From Lentimicrobiaceae bacterium (GTDB taxonomy: Bacteria > Bacteroidota > Bacteroidia > Bacteroidales > UBA4417): a DNA stretch of 64,000 nucleotides. Positions 9,820 through 17,848 of this stretch are shown here, piece after piece. The DNA is taken from contig JAPXLB010000002.1 in assembly GCA_033809755.1 (NCBI GenBank), positions 64,486 through 128,485 of the forward strand, given 5' to 3'. The translations under genes and the position numbers were made by a program. Below the pieces are notes generated by a model. It had not been told where the DNA came from and searched no databases. It was given only the letters and a program-made list of their open reading frames with translations. Position 1 is the first letter of the stretch, and the number at the start of each line of letters is the position of its first letter.

Positions 9820-10479
9820 ATGAAAGATAGAATTTTAGCTTTAATTAATGCCTATAACTTAACATCTACTCAATTTGCTGATGAAATTGACTCTTCTAAA
9901 TCGAAATTATCACATATTTTTAGTGGTAGAAATAATCCCAGCCTTGATGTTGTTACTAATATTTTAGAGAATTTTCCAGAAGTAAATCCCGATTGGCTTA
10001 TATTGGGTAAAGGGAAAATGTTTAGAAGTATGGAAAATGATGATGATAATGAAAATATAGTTGTAGTGAAGAAAGAAAGTAAAGAATCATCAGATATTGG
10101 TATTAAGGATAATACAAGTAATGTTCAAAATGCTAGTGAAGAGGAGTTAATATCGCAAGAACAAAAACCTTCAGTGAAAAATGAAGTTGAAAATATCAAT
10201 ATGAAAGATTTGTTTGCCGAAATTAATAAGCTCAATCTTGAATTCCCCAAACAGAGTAGTGTAAACACAAGTAAAACCGAAATAAATAAACAAAATTCGG
10301 ATATTAGTACCGACAGTATTGCTAACGTTTCTACAGATATAAATATTGCTAAATCGGAAGATAAAGTTGAGTATAAAACAGTAGATAGACCTGATATAAA
10401 TACCAAAAGCTCAGCGAGAATAGATAAAATTATAGTACTTAAATCCGACGGAACATTTGAAGAGTATTTTAAATCATAG
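9820..10479 (+). CDS. XRE-type helix-turn-helix protein with acidic/low-complexity C-terminal region
   Basis: The N-terminal ~65 aa (LTSTQFADEIDSSKSKLSHIFSGRNNPSLDVVTNILENFPEVNPDWLILGKG) form a typical HTH_3-like unit. The rest is low complexity. Confidence 0.65.
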   Translation: MKDRILALINAYNLTSTQFADEIDSSKSKLSHIFSGRNNPSLDVVTNILENFPEVNPDWLILGKGKMFRSMENDDDNENIVVVKKESKESSDIGIKDNTSNVQNASEEELISQEQKPSVKNEVENINMKDLFAEINKLNLEFPKQSSVNTSKTEINKQNSDISTDSIANVSTDINIAKSEDKVEYKTVDRPDINTKSSARIDKIIVLKSDGTFEEYFKS

Positions 10480-10639
10480 TAATTTTATTTTCGTTCCTAT
10501 CTACAAACAATTTTCTTACTTTATATATTACCATTTCTTAATATCTGTAAATCAGATTATTAGTTAGCAAATTGTTTTCTTTTCAGAAAAAATAATGCTT
10601 ATAACAAGCAAAAAAATTTTGTATTCTTAAAAATAGGTT

Positions 10640-10647
10640 TACTTTTG
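10640..10647 (+). promoter_or_regulatory. -7 box (TACTTTTG) for tRNA-Ser
   Basis: Matches TAnnTTTG and ends 5 nt before the mature tRNA 5' end. Confidence 0.5.
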
Positions 10648-10651
10648 CAGC

Positions 10652-10736
10652 GGAGAGATGGCAGAGCGGTTGATTGCGGCGGTCTTGAAAACCGTTGACT
10701 GTAACAGGTCCGGGGGTTCGAATCCCTCTCTCTCCG
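10652..10736 (+). tRNA. tRNA-Ser (anticodon UGA)
   Basis: Acceptor stem GGAGAGA/TCTCTCC, anticodon loop CTTGAAA, long variable arm and T-loop GTTCGAATC. Folded by eye. Confidence 0.9.
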
Positions 10737-10744
10737 CTAGAATC

Positions 10745-10772
10745 AAGCTACCTAATAGTTGGTAGCTTTTTT
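10745..10772 (+). terminator. rho-independent terminator (probably bidirectional)
   Basis: Perfect 8-bp stem AAGCTACC/GGTAGCTT, an 8-nt loop, then a TTTTTT run. It lies between the tRNA and the convergent acyl-CoA reductase gene. Confidence 0.7.
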
Positions 10773-10785
10773 ATTTACCAAATAC

Positions 10786-11859
10786 TTATTCCAAAAAACT
10801 TATTGTATCAACTCCGTCGGCGTAGTCGCTCAACTGTGGCTGTTGAGATAAACCGTAAGGTACTACATTGTTTAACAAACCACTTAGCTTTTTAGAACCA
10901 ACAACACATTGAATTCTGTCGGCATTAGCTTTTATTTCTTCAATAACATCTTTTAAGTTACTGTATTTCTGATAATTAATTACCGAAATTGGCGATAAAA
11001 AAGATGTATCTTCTTGAAACAGTATAAAACCGTTGTCGTGAATATTATCAGTGTTATTTATAAGGTATATACTTTTACGATATACATAATTATTGCTATA
11101 CCTATGGTGGTTGCTAAAAAGCGTGCGATATTTTTCAATTCCGAAAATAACGTCGCTGATATTTACATTGTCAGGAATATATATTTTTGAAACACTTCTG
11201 CAACCCAAACCAAAATACAGACAAATATCATCGGCTAAAGCCGACAATTCATCTTTACTTGTCGTATCATCAATTACAGCAACACTATTCATATTTTTTC
11301 TGATAATAGATGGATACTTCCCGACGTATTTATTGAAATACTTGGCAGTACTGTCGGAACCAGTTGCAATAATTTTGTCAAATTTAGGTAAAATATGACT
11401 CTCAAAACTAATGTAGTCTTTAAATTTGGGTTGTATTTTACACAATAAATTAGCAATTGCCGGCAATAAAACATCATCTTTATGCGAACATTTACCAATA
11501 AAAATATTACCTGTAATCAATACCGAAACAAAATCATGCATCCCAACAATAGGAATATTACCTGCCATAACAACAGCAACTTTTTTCGGATTGTCATTAT
11601 AATCGCTGATAGAATAGGGAGCAACCCATTTTTTCAATTCCGTTTCTTTCAAAAGTTTAGCCCACTGACTTATTGTATAATTTATAAAAGACATGTCGAA
11701 CCATGGATTGGAAACACTTGCCTTGTGGCATTCTTGCTTAAAATTTTCAATTTCGAGGTTAAAGTCCGTAATATTATTTGTTCCCGATGTAACAACATCA
11801 AACAATATTGATAATTCGTGTAATGCCGAAATTCTTTCGTTTAAAGAGATTAATTCCAT
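10786..11859 (-). CDS. acyl-CoA reductase (LuxC family)
   Basis: Length ~357 aa, with a VMAGNIPIVGMHDFVSVLITGN segment characteristic of the LuxC-type family as seen in Bacteroidota. Confidence 0.65.
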   Translation of the reverse strand: MELISLNERISALHELSILFDVVTSGTNNITDFNLEIENFKQECHKASVSNPWFDMSFINYTISQWAKLLKETELKKWVAPYSISDYNDNPKKVAVVMAGNIPIVGMHDFVSVLITGNIFIGKCSHKDDVLLPAIANLLCKIQPKFKDYISFESHILPKFDKIIATGSDSTAKYFNKYVGKYPSIIRKNMNSVAVIDDTTSKDELSALADDICLYFGLGCRSVSKIYIPDNVNISDVIFGIEKYRTLFSNHHRYSNNYVYRKSIYLINNTDNIHDNGFILFQEDTSFLSPISVINYQKYSNLKDVIEEIKANADRIQCVVGSKKLSGLLNNVVPYGLSQQPQLSDYADGVDTISFLE

Positions 11860-11956
11860 TATTTATTGCGATATTTGTATTTTTGAAGTAAAAATATATA
11901 ATTTATAAGATTTTACTACGTTAAAATCTTAAAACTGTTTATACAACTATTAAAAC

Positions 11957-12859
11957 ATGAAAAATATTTTATGCTTTATATCAATATTTTTGTTTTTATT
12001 GTTAGGAACTGGTCAATTATATTCTCAAGATAGTAGTGACGAAAACAAAATCGAGCTTCTGAAAGAAATTAACAGTCTATCAATTGAAATAAAAAACAAC
12101 AACGCCGACTCTATAAAAATATCTCTCAATAATGTACTTGTCGCCAAAGTAGAGCAACTTTTCAATATAACAAAAATCAACGACCCTATTTTAGATTCAA
12201 TAGATGGGATAAGTAAGATAAAATCTTCTGACGAAAAAGTGCAGATTTTCACCTGGGGTTTTGCTTCATCTACAGGCAGAAGTATGTACTACGGATTAAT
12301 ACGACTTAACAACGGAAAGGTGTTTAAACTTACATCCAGAAACAGTAATTGCAACCAAGTGTACCCCGACAATATTTATTACCCCGAAGATTGGTACGGT
12401 GCTATTTATTACGATATTGTAAAAGAAAAATATAAAAGGCAGACGTACTACCTCTTGTTGGGTTGGAAAGCAGGTGATCAAAACTGCAAGTGCAAACTAA
12501 TTGAACCTTTGGTAATTACAGATGACGGGATAGTGAAATTTGGTAGCCCTATTATTGTTAATGAAAATGGAATCTTTAACAGAGAAGTGTTTAAACACAA
12601 ACCTGATGCTAATTTTGTATTAAAATACGACCAGCAATATATTAAGGTACAGAAAAGAAATAAAATAAAGTACAAAAAGGTAAACATGGTAGTTTTCGAC
12701 CATTTAATTTCAATAGCTCCTAAAAACAGTCCTATGTTTAATGAAGGCAAATTTAAGGTTCCAGCTGGCGACTCTTACGACGGATTCATATTTAAAGAAG
12801 GTAAATGGAGAAAAGTTGAAAATATTGAAGCCAGAAATTCACCTTTAAAGAAAAAATAA
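11957..12859 (+). CDS. secreted hypothetical protein
   Basis: N-terminal signal peptide (FISIFLFLLLGTGQLYSQ). No recognisable domain. Confidence 0.5.
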   Translation: MKNILCFISIFLFLLLGTGQLYSQDSSDENKIELLKEINSLSIEIKNNNADSIKISLNNVLVAKVEQLFNITKINDPILDSIDGISKIKSSDEKVQIFTWGFASSTGRSMYYGLIRLNNGKVFKLTSRNSNCNQVYPDNIYYPEDWYGAIYYDIVKEKYKRQTYYLLLGWKAGDQNCKCKLIEPLVITDDGIVKFGSPIIVNENGIFNREVFKHKPDANFVLKYDQQYIKVQKRNKIKYKKVNMVVFDHLISIAPKNSPMFNEGKFKVPAGDSYDGFIFKEGKWRKVENIEARNSPLKKK

Positions 12860-13031
12860 TCGATTATTATTTTTGTTTATATAAAATATTACTATTTTTG
12901 TCAAGAATTTGTATTACACCAAAATAGTACAATAATGTATAACCAATAAAACCCAAATCTATGAAACAAAATTTTAATAGTATCAAATCTGTTCTTCCTA
13001 GAAGCACAACCTGAAATAATGTTGTAGCTTT

Positions 13032-13208
13032 ATGGATATTAATGTAACATACTTCTCTTTATCAGGATTTTTTCATTGTGACGAAAAAAACAAAGCGATA
13101 ATCAATGAAACCGAAATCCTTTTTAAAGAATTTCTAGGTATTCCAAAGAGCTATAATGTACCATTTTCAGGAAACAGTATTAAACTATTGTTAGCAATGG
13201 GCTATTAA
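13032..13208 (+). pseudogene. 58-codon remnant resembling the N-terminus of a class-V/SerC-like aminotransferase
   Basis: The translation is MDINVTYFSLSGFFHCDEKNKAIINETEILFKEFLGIPKSYNVPFSGNSIKLLLAMGY*. Its core resembles the segment [31 protein letters not shown] of the SerC in this window. The remnant is truncated after about 1/6 of the normal length. Confidence 0.35.
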
Positions 13209-13221
13209 ACAAAAAAATATG

Positions 13222-13229
13222 TAACTTTG
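13222..13229 (+). promoter_or_regulatory. -7 box (TAACTTTG) upstream of SPFH gene
   Basis: Matches TAnnTTTG, 65 nt upstream of ATG 13294. Confidence 0.4.
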
Positions 13230-13293
13230 CTTTGAAGTAACAAACACAAAAATTAAATATATAAATTTGAAAATTTTTAAAACTTTGTAGACT

Positions 13294-14427
13294 ATGGCAT
13301 TATTTGACAAAATTAAACAAAAAGCATTCGCTGAATTTATTGACATCATCGAATGGACTGACGAGACGAGCGACACCATAATCTGGCGTTTTCCACGTTA
13401 TAATGCGGAAATAAAAAATGGAGCTCAACTCACCGTACGCGAAACTCAAGTAGCCGTATTGGTAAACGAAGGACAGTTTGCCGACGTGTATCAACCGGGA
13501 CGTTATGAACTAACTACTGCAAACATGCCCATTCTTACTACATTAAGAGGATGGAAATACGGATTTAATTCTCCTTTCAAGGTAGATGTTTATTTCGTAA
13601 ACACTAAACAGTTTTTGAATCAACGTTGGGGAACAGCTAATCCGATAATGATGCGCGACCCTGAGTTCGGACCAATTCGTATGCGTGCATTTGGTTCGTA
13701 CAACTTCAAGGTACAACCCGACCCAATACCGTTTATCCGCAATGTAGCAGGAACTAGCGGTGAATTTACCACCGAAGGTATTAGCGAACAACTTCGCAAT
13801 TTTGTTATTACCAAATTTACCGACTATTTGGCAGAATCTAAAATTGCTGCATTAGATTTAGCTGCTAATCTCAATGAATTTTCCAATGACCTCACGATAG
13901 CTCTAAAAGACGATTTCGCTGAATATGGTATAGAACTTACTCGCTTTTTGGTAGAAAATATTTCGTTGCCCGAAGCTGTTGAAGAAGCTCTTGATAAACG
14001 CACAAGCATGGGTGTTATTGGCAATATGACAACTTACACTCAAATGCAGTTTGCCGATTCGCTTAAAGATGCTGCAAACAATCCAGCTGGAGGTGGAAAT
14101 CTTGCAGGCGACGCTATGGGAGCTGGTATAGGACTTGCTATGGCAGGACAAATGGCACAACAAATGGTAAATCCGCAAGGTGGACAGCAACAACAAGTTG
14201 GAGCTACACCTCCACCGCCACCAATACCGACGCAAGTTATGTATCACGTTGCTATCAATGGAGTGCAACAAGGACCTTTCAACATGCAACAGTTAAGTCA
14301 AATGGTTCAACAAGGACAAATAACTGCCGATACATTGGTATGGACACAAGGAATGGCTAACTGGTCAGCTGCAAGTTCGGTAGCCGAATTATCACAATTA
14401 TTCAATGCGCCTCCACCATTACCATAA
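13294..14427 (+). CDS. SPFH/band-7 family protein (YdjI/COG4260-like) with C-terminal GYF_2-like domain flanked by proline tracts
   Basis: The N-terminus (MALFDKIK...IEWTD...IIWRFP...I.NGAQLTVRETQVAV) is typical of the COG4260 SPFH subgroup. It is followed by a Gly/Gln-rich linker, PPPPPIP, a GYF_2-like unit (YHVAINGVQQGPFNMQQLSQMVQQGQITADTLVWTQGMANWSAASSV) and a terminal APPPLP. Confidence 0.75.
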   Translation: MALFDKIKQKAFAEFIDIIEWTDETSDTIIWRFPRYNAEIKNGAQLTVRETQVAVLVNEGQFADVYQPGRYELTTANMPILTTLRGWKYGFNSPFKVDVYFVNTKQFLNQRWGTANPIMMRDPEFGPIRMRAFGSYNFKVQPDPIPFIRNVAGTSGEFTTEGISEQLRNFVITKFTDYLAESKIAALDLAANLNEFSNDLTIALKDDFAEYGIELTRFLVENISLPEAVEEALDKRTSMGVIGNMTTYTQMQFADSLKDAANNPAGGGNLAGDAMGAGIGLAMAGQMAQQMVNPQGGQQQQVGATPPPPPIPTQVMYHVAINGVQQGPFNMQQLSQMVQQGQITADTLVWTQGMANWSAASSVAELSQLFNAPPPLP

Positions 14428-14497
14428 ATAAATGAATGAATTAACACACAACTACTAAATAATAAAATTAAATTATAAACTTTAAAAACAAAACATC

Positions 14498-14869
14498 ATG
14501 AAACAAATTTTTGAAATTTTTAAAAACGTTGTAACAAAAAATTATGCAAACTTCAAAGGCAGAGCCGATAGAAGAGAATTCTGGTCATTCGTGCTAGTAA
14601 TGATTATTATTAATGTTATATTTAGCATATTAACAAACATATCTGGAGGAGTAAAAGCTCTTTATTGGATATTCCTAATCCTTCAAATAATAGTTTCGTT
14701 AGCTTTACTATTACCATCATTAGCTGTAGGTGTTCGTCGTATGCACGATATTGGTAAAGGTGGCGGATGGATTTTTATCAACTTGTTGCCTATTATAGGC
14801 TCACTTTGGTTCTTAATCCTAACTATAAAACCAAGCGAAGAAGGAGAAAACAGATTTGATAATAAGTAA
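14498..14869 (+). CDS. DUF805 family inner-membrane protein
   Basis: 123 aa, with GRADRREFWSF..., three TM segments and the VGVRRMHDIGKGGGW motif typical of DUF805 (YhaH/YhaI-like). Confidence 0.75.
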   Translation: MKQIFEIFKNVVTKNYANFKGRADRREFWSFVLVMIIINVIFSILTNISGGVKALYWIFLILQIIVSLALLLPSLAVGVRRMHDIGKGGGWIFINLLPIIGSLWFLILTIKPSEEGENRFDNK

Positions 14870-14878
14870 AAATTATTT

Positions 14879-14908
14879 GATAGAGACGTGGAAAAACACG
14901 TCTCTATC
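14879..14908 (+). terminator. perfect 12-bp stem-loop between DUF805 and zinc-ribbon genes (terminator/attenuator or RNA processing site)
   Basis: GATAGAGACGTG-GAAAAA-CACGTCTCTATC. No clear T-run follows. Confidence 0.45.
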
Positions 14909-14927
14909 AATTTTATAAAATCAAAAT

Positions 14928-16013
14928 ATGGATATCAATACACAACCTATAACCGATATTTTGCAAACCAAGTGTAAATCATGTGGTGGTTATATGCAAT
15001 ATTCTCCTGCCGACGAAGACTTAAAATGTCTTTACTGCGGATACAAAGGCGGATTAGATAAAACTCCTGTACAAATTAAAGAAAATGATTTTGGATACTG
15101 GAAAAATCGTGCCGACGAAGAAAATAACGAAGAGGTAATAGAAATTCCGGAAATAAAATGCCGTCAGTGTGGTGCAACAACTACATTGCCCGAAAACACA
15201 TCGGCTGCAAAATGTGCTTTTTGTGGCACTCCGCTGATTATGAATGAAGCATCGGTGAAACGCTTCTGGCAGCCCGAATATCTCTTGCCTTTCAAGGTGA
15301 CTGAAAAAGCAAGCAGAGAAAACTTTAAAAAATGGTTGGGTAAGAAGTGGTTTCTGCCAACACAGCTTAAAAAGTATGGTACAACAACCGATAGCTTTAA
15401 AGGAGTGTATCTGCCATTTTGGACTTACGATGCTGATACACACACCGATTACACAGGTCAGCGAGGTAAACATAGAACCGAAGTATCACGCAATAGTAAA
15501 GGCGAAGAAGTACGCCGTACCGTTACCGACTGGTACTATACTAGCGGTAGTGTTAATGTTTCATTCGACGACATTGTAGTACCCGCATCAAAATCGCTTC
15601 CCGATAGTATTACGAAAAAACTTACCAACTGGGACATGATGAACTGCGTTGGATATAAAAAAGAGTTTTTGGCAGGATTTCTTACCGAAATATACCAAAG
15701 AGATTTTCGTGAAGCAATAGATGATGCTAAAGATAAAATGGAAATTGTAATTGAAGATTCTATTAAAGTTGATATCGGTGGCGACGATCAAAGAATTGAT
15801 TCAAAACGCATACAGTACAATAACATAAAATTTAAACACCTGCTGCTCCCTGTTTGGATTAGCGCATTTAAATTTAACAATAAGGTATACCAGTTTGTTG
15901 TAAACGCACGTACCGGAAAAGTAATTGGGCAATATCCTAAAGACAAGACTAAGATTGCAATGCTAGTGATAACTATTATAGCTATTATTGTAGCCTTAGC
16001 TATGATTTTTTAA
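14928..16013 (+). CDS. double zinc-ribbon protein with C-terminal TM anchor (YdjG-like architecture)
   Basis: Two CxxC...CxxC units (CKSCGG..CLYCGY; CRQCGA..CAFCGT), a conserved ~230-aa body (LLPVWISAF...VNARTGKVIGQYP) and a terminal TM (IAMLVITIIAIIVALAMIF). Confidence 0.55.
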   Translation: MDINTQPITDILQTKCKSCGGYMQYSPADEDLKCLYCGYKGGLDKTPVQIKENDFGYWKNRADEENNEEVIEIPEIKCRQCGATTTLPENTSAAKCAFCGTPLIMNEASVKRFWQPEYLLPFKVTEKASRENFKKWLGKKWFLPTQLKKYGTTTDSFKGVYLPFWTYDADTHTDYTGQRGKHRTEVSRNSKGEEVRRTVTDWYYTSGSVNVSFDDIVVPASKSLPDSITKKLTNWDMMNCVGYKKEFLAGFLTEIYQRDFREAIDDAKDKMEIVIEDSIKVDIGGDDQRIDSKRIQYNNIKFKHLLLPVWISAFKFNNKVYQFVVNARTGKVIGQYPKDKTKIAMLVITIIAIIVALAMIF

Positions 16014-16108
16014 AATAAATAATTAATTATGAGAGCAAGGAAAAATAAAAATACAATACTGATTTACAAATTCTTGCTCTCAATTTTTAACTTTTAACTT
16101 TTTATTAT

Positions 16109-16693
16109 ATGGGTAAAAAAGTAATTATATGGTTCTCAATTTTTATACTTCTGTTGATTTTGGTTCCATTTGTATGGGGAACATACAACCGTTTGGTAAA
16201 AAGAGAAGAAGCCGTTAAAATGGCATGGGCTCAAGTAGAAAATCAATATCAAAGACGTGCCGATTTGATTAAAAATTTAGTAGAAACCGTGAAAGGATAC
16301 GCTACACACGAACAAGAAACACTAACACAAGTAATTGAAGCTCGCGCTAAGGCAACTCAAGTTAATATTGATGCCGACAACCTAGATGCTGAGAGTTTGC
16401 AGCAATTTAGCAATGTGCAAGGCGAGCTATCGCAAGCTCTTTCAAGGTTGTTGGCTGTTGTTGAAAACTATCCCGACCTAAAAGCTGCCGACAACTTCAT
16501 TCTGCTACAAGGACAACTTGAAGGCACCGAAAATCGTATTGCTTTTGTGCGTAGAGAATTTAACGAGACAGTTAATAAATACAATACATACCGACGTCGA
16601 TTCCCGAAAAACATAGTTGCCTTGGTGTTCGGTTTTGCTAAGAAAGATTATTTCGAAGCATATGATAACACTACGCCAGATGTTCAATTCTAA
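16109..16693 (+). CDS. LemA family protein
   Basis: An N-terminal TM followed by YNRLV...AWAQVENQYQRRADLIKNLVETVKGYA.HE..TL, the hallmark LemA sequence. Confidence 0.9.
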   Translation: MGKKVIIWFSIFILLLILVPFVWGTYNRLVKREEAVKMAWAQVENQYQRRADLIKNLVETVKGYATHEQETLTQVIEARAKATQVNIDADNLDAESLQQFSNVQGELSQALSRLLAVVENYPDLKAADNFILLQGQLEGTENRIAFVRREFNETVNKYNTYRRRFPKNIVALVFGFAKKDYFEAYDNTTPDVQF

Positions 16694-16733
16694 ATATGAT
16701 TAAAATTTAATATAAAATAAAACGAAAACAAAA

Positions 16734-17810
16734 ATGAAGATAATTAAAAAACTTAACCTAGTTCTTTTACTCTTACTTTCCGTCAGCATACAAGCTCAAA
16801 TGCGCTACACGGTAAGAGATGTTCCTAATGTACAATTAGAAGATTATACACGCTACGTAAGCGACCCTGAAAATGTTTTGGATATTGGAGATATTATTCT
16901 TTTAGACGAACGTCTGGCAGAATTTCGCGATTCATTAGATATTGAAGCTGCTATAGTTGTAATACCTGCAATAGACGTAGAGAAATACGGCTCAGCAAAA
17001 GATTTCGCTACCGAACTTTTCAACACTTGGGGTATAGGTAAAAAAGAAACTAACAATGGCTTGCTCATCTTACTTCTTACAGCAGATGGCGAACGCGAAA
17101 TTGTTTTTGAAACCGGACTAGGTACCGAACAGGTTCTTACCGACGGTTTATGTAAGCTCATTCAAACTAAAAAAATGGTACCGTATCTTAAAACAAGTGA
17201 TTACGGGGAAGGACTAATAGTTGGGCTAGAAGAGATTGAAAAAGTATTAAATGGCTCTTCCGAGTTCCTGAAAAGTGATTCTTCATCGAGCGGAATTGGC
17301 AAATATGTATTGATTTGGTTGATAGTTGGTTTCATTGTAATTGGTATTGTAGAGTCGGCAAGGAAAAAACGTGTAGTGGAAAGTGAAGATCCTTTTGTTG
17401 CCGCAGCTAATTATAAATCGCTCTCAGGTATAGGTTGTCTTATTGCAACCCTCTTTTTCGGTTCATATATAATTTATATGATTTATAAAGCCATAGCAAA
17501 AAAAGATGATATGCCACCTCTAAATTGCCAAAACTGCGGAGCTAAAGGCAAGGTTGTACTTAAAAACAAACCGCAAGTTGTACAAAAAGCCCTGCCAGAT
17601 CAAGACGGAATGAAACAGTATCACTACATTTGTAAAGCGTGTAATCATGGACACAAAGTACTTGTGCCTTATAAGTACGTAGCACCGCAAACGAGGTCAA
17701 GTGGAGGCGGAGGCTACAGCTCATATAGCGGCAGTAGTAGCTCAAGCAGCAGAGGTGGCTCATGGGGTGGTGGAAGAAGCGGAGGAGGAGGCGCTAGTAC
17801 AAAATTCTAG
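16734..17810 (+). CDS. TPM-domain (YgcG-like) membrane protein with inserted C4 zinc ribbon and Ser/Gly tail
   Basis: Signal peptide, then a TPM domain (VSDPENVL...AIVVIPAI...TWGIGKKETNNGLLILLL...REIVFETGLG), two TMs, CQNCG...CKACNH, and the tail ...GGSWGGGRSGGGGASTKF. Confidence 0.8.
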   Translation: MKIIKKLNLVLLLLLSVSIQAQMRYTVRDVPNVQLEDYTRYVSDPENVLDIGDIILLDERLAEFRDSLDIEAAIVVIPAIDVEKYGSAKDFATELFNTWGIGKKETNNGLLILLLTADGEREIVFETGLGTEQVLTDGLCKLIQTKKMVPYLKTSDYGEGLIVGLEEIEKVLNGSSEFLKSDSSSSGIGKYVLIWLIVGFIVIGIVESARKKRVVESEDPFVAAANYKSLSGIGCLIATLFFGSYIIYMIYKAIAKKDDMPPLNCQNCGAKGKVVLKNKPQVVQKALPDQDGMKQYHYICKACNHGHKVLVPYKYVAPQTRSSGGGGYSSYSGSSSSSSRGGSWGGGRSGGGGASTKF

Positions 17811-17848
17811 AAATATTGAATTTTAAACTTCACTAACGTAAAAAAGAA

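Noticed and set aside
10695-10895. 66-aa ORF in the ORF track
   Set aside because: It starts inside tRNA-Ser, crosses the terminator hairpin and runs antisense into the acyl-CoA reductase gene. It is spurious.
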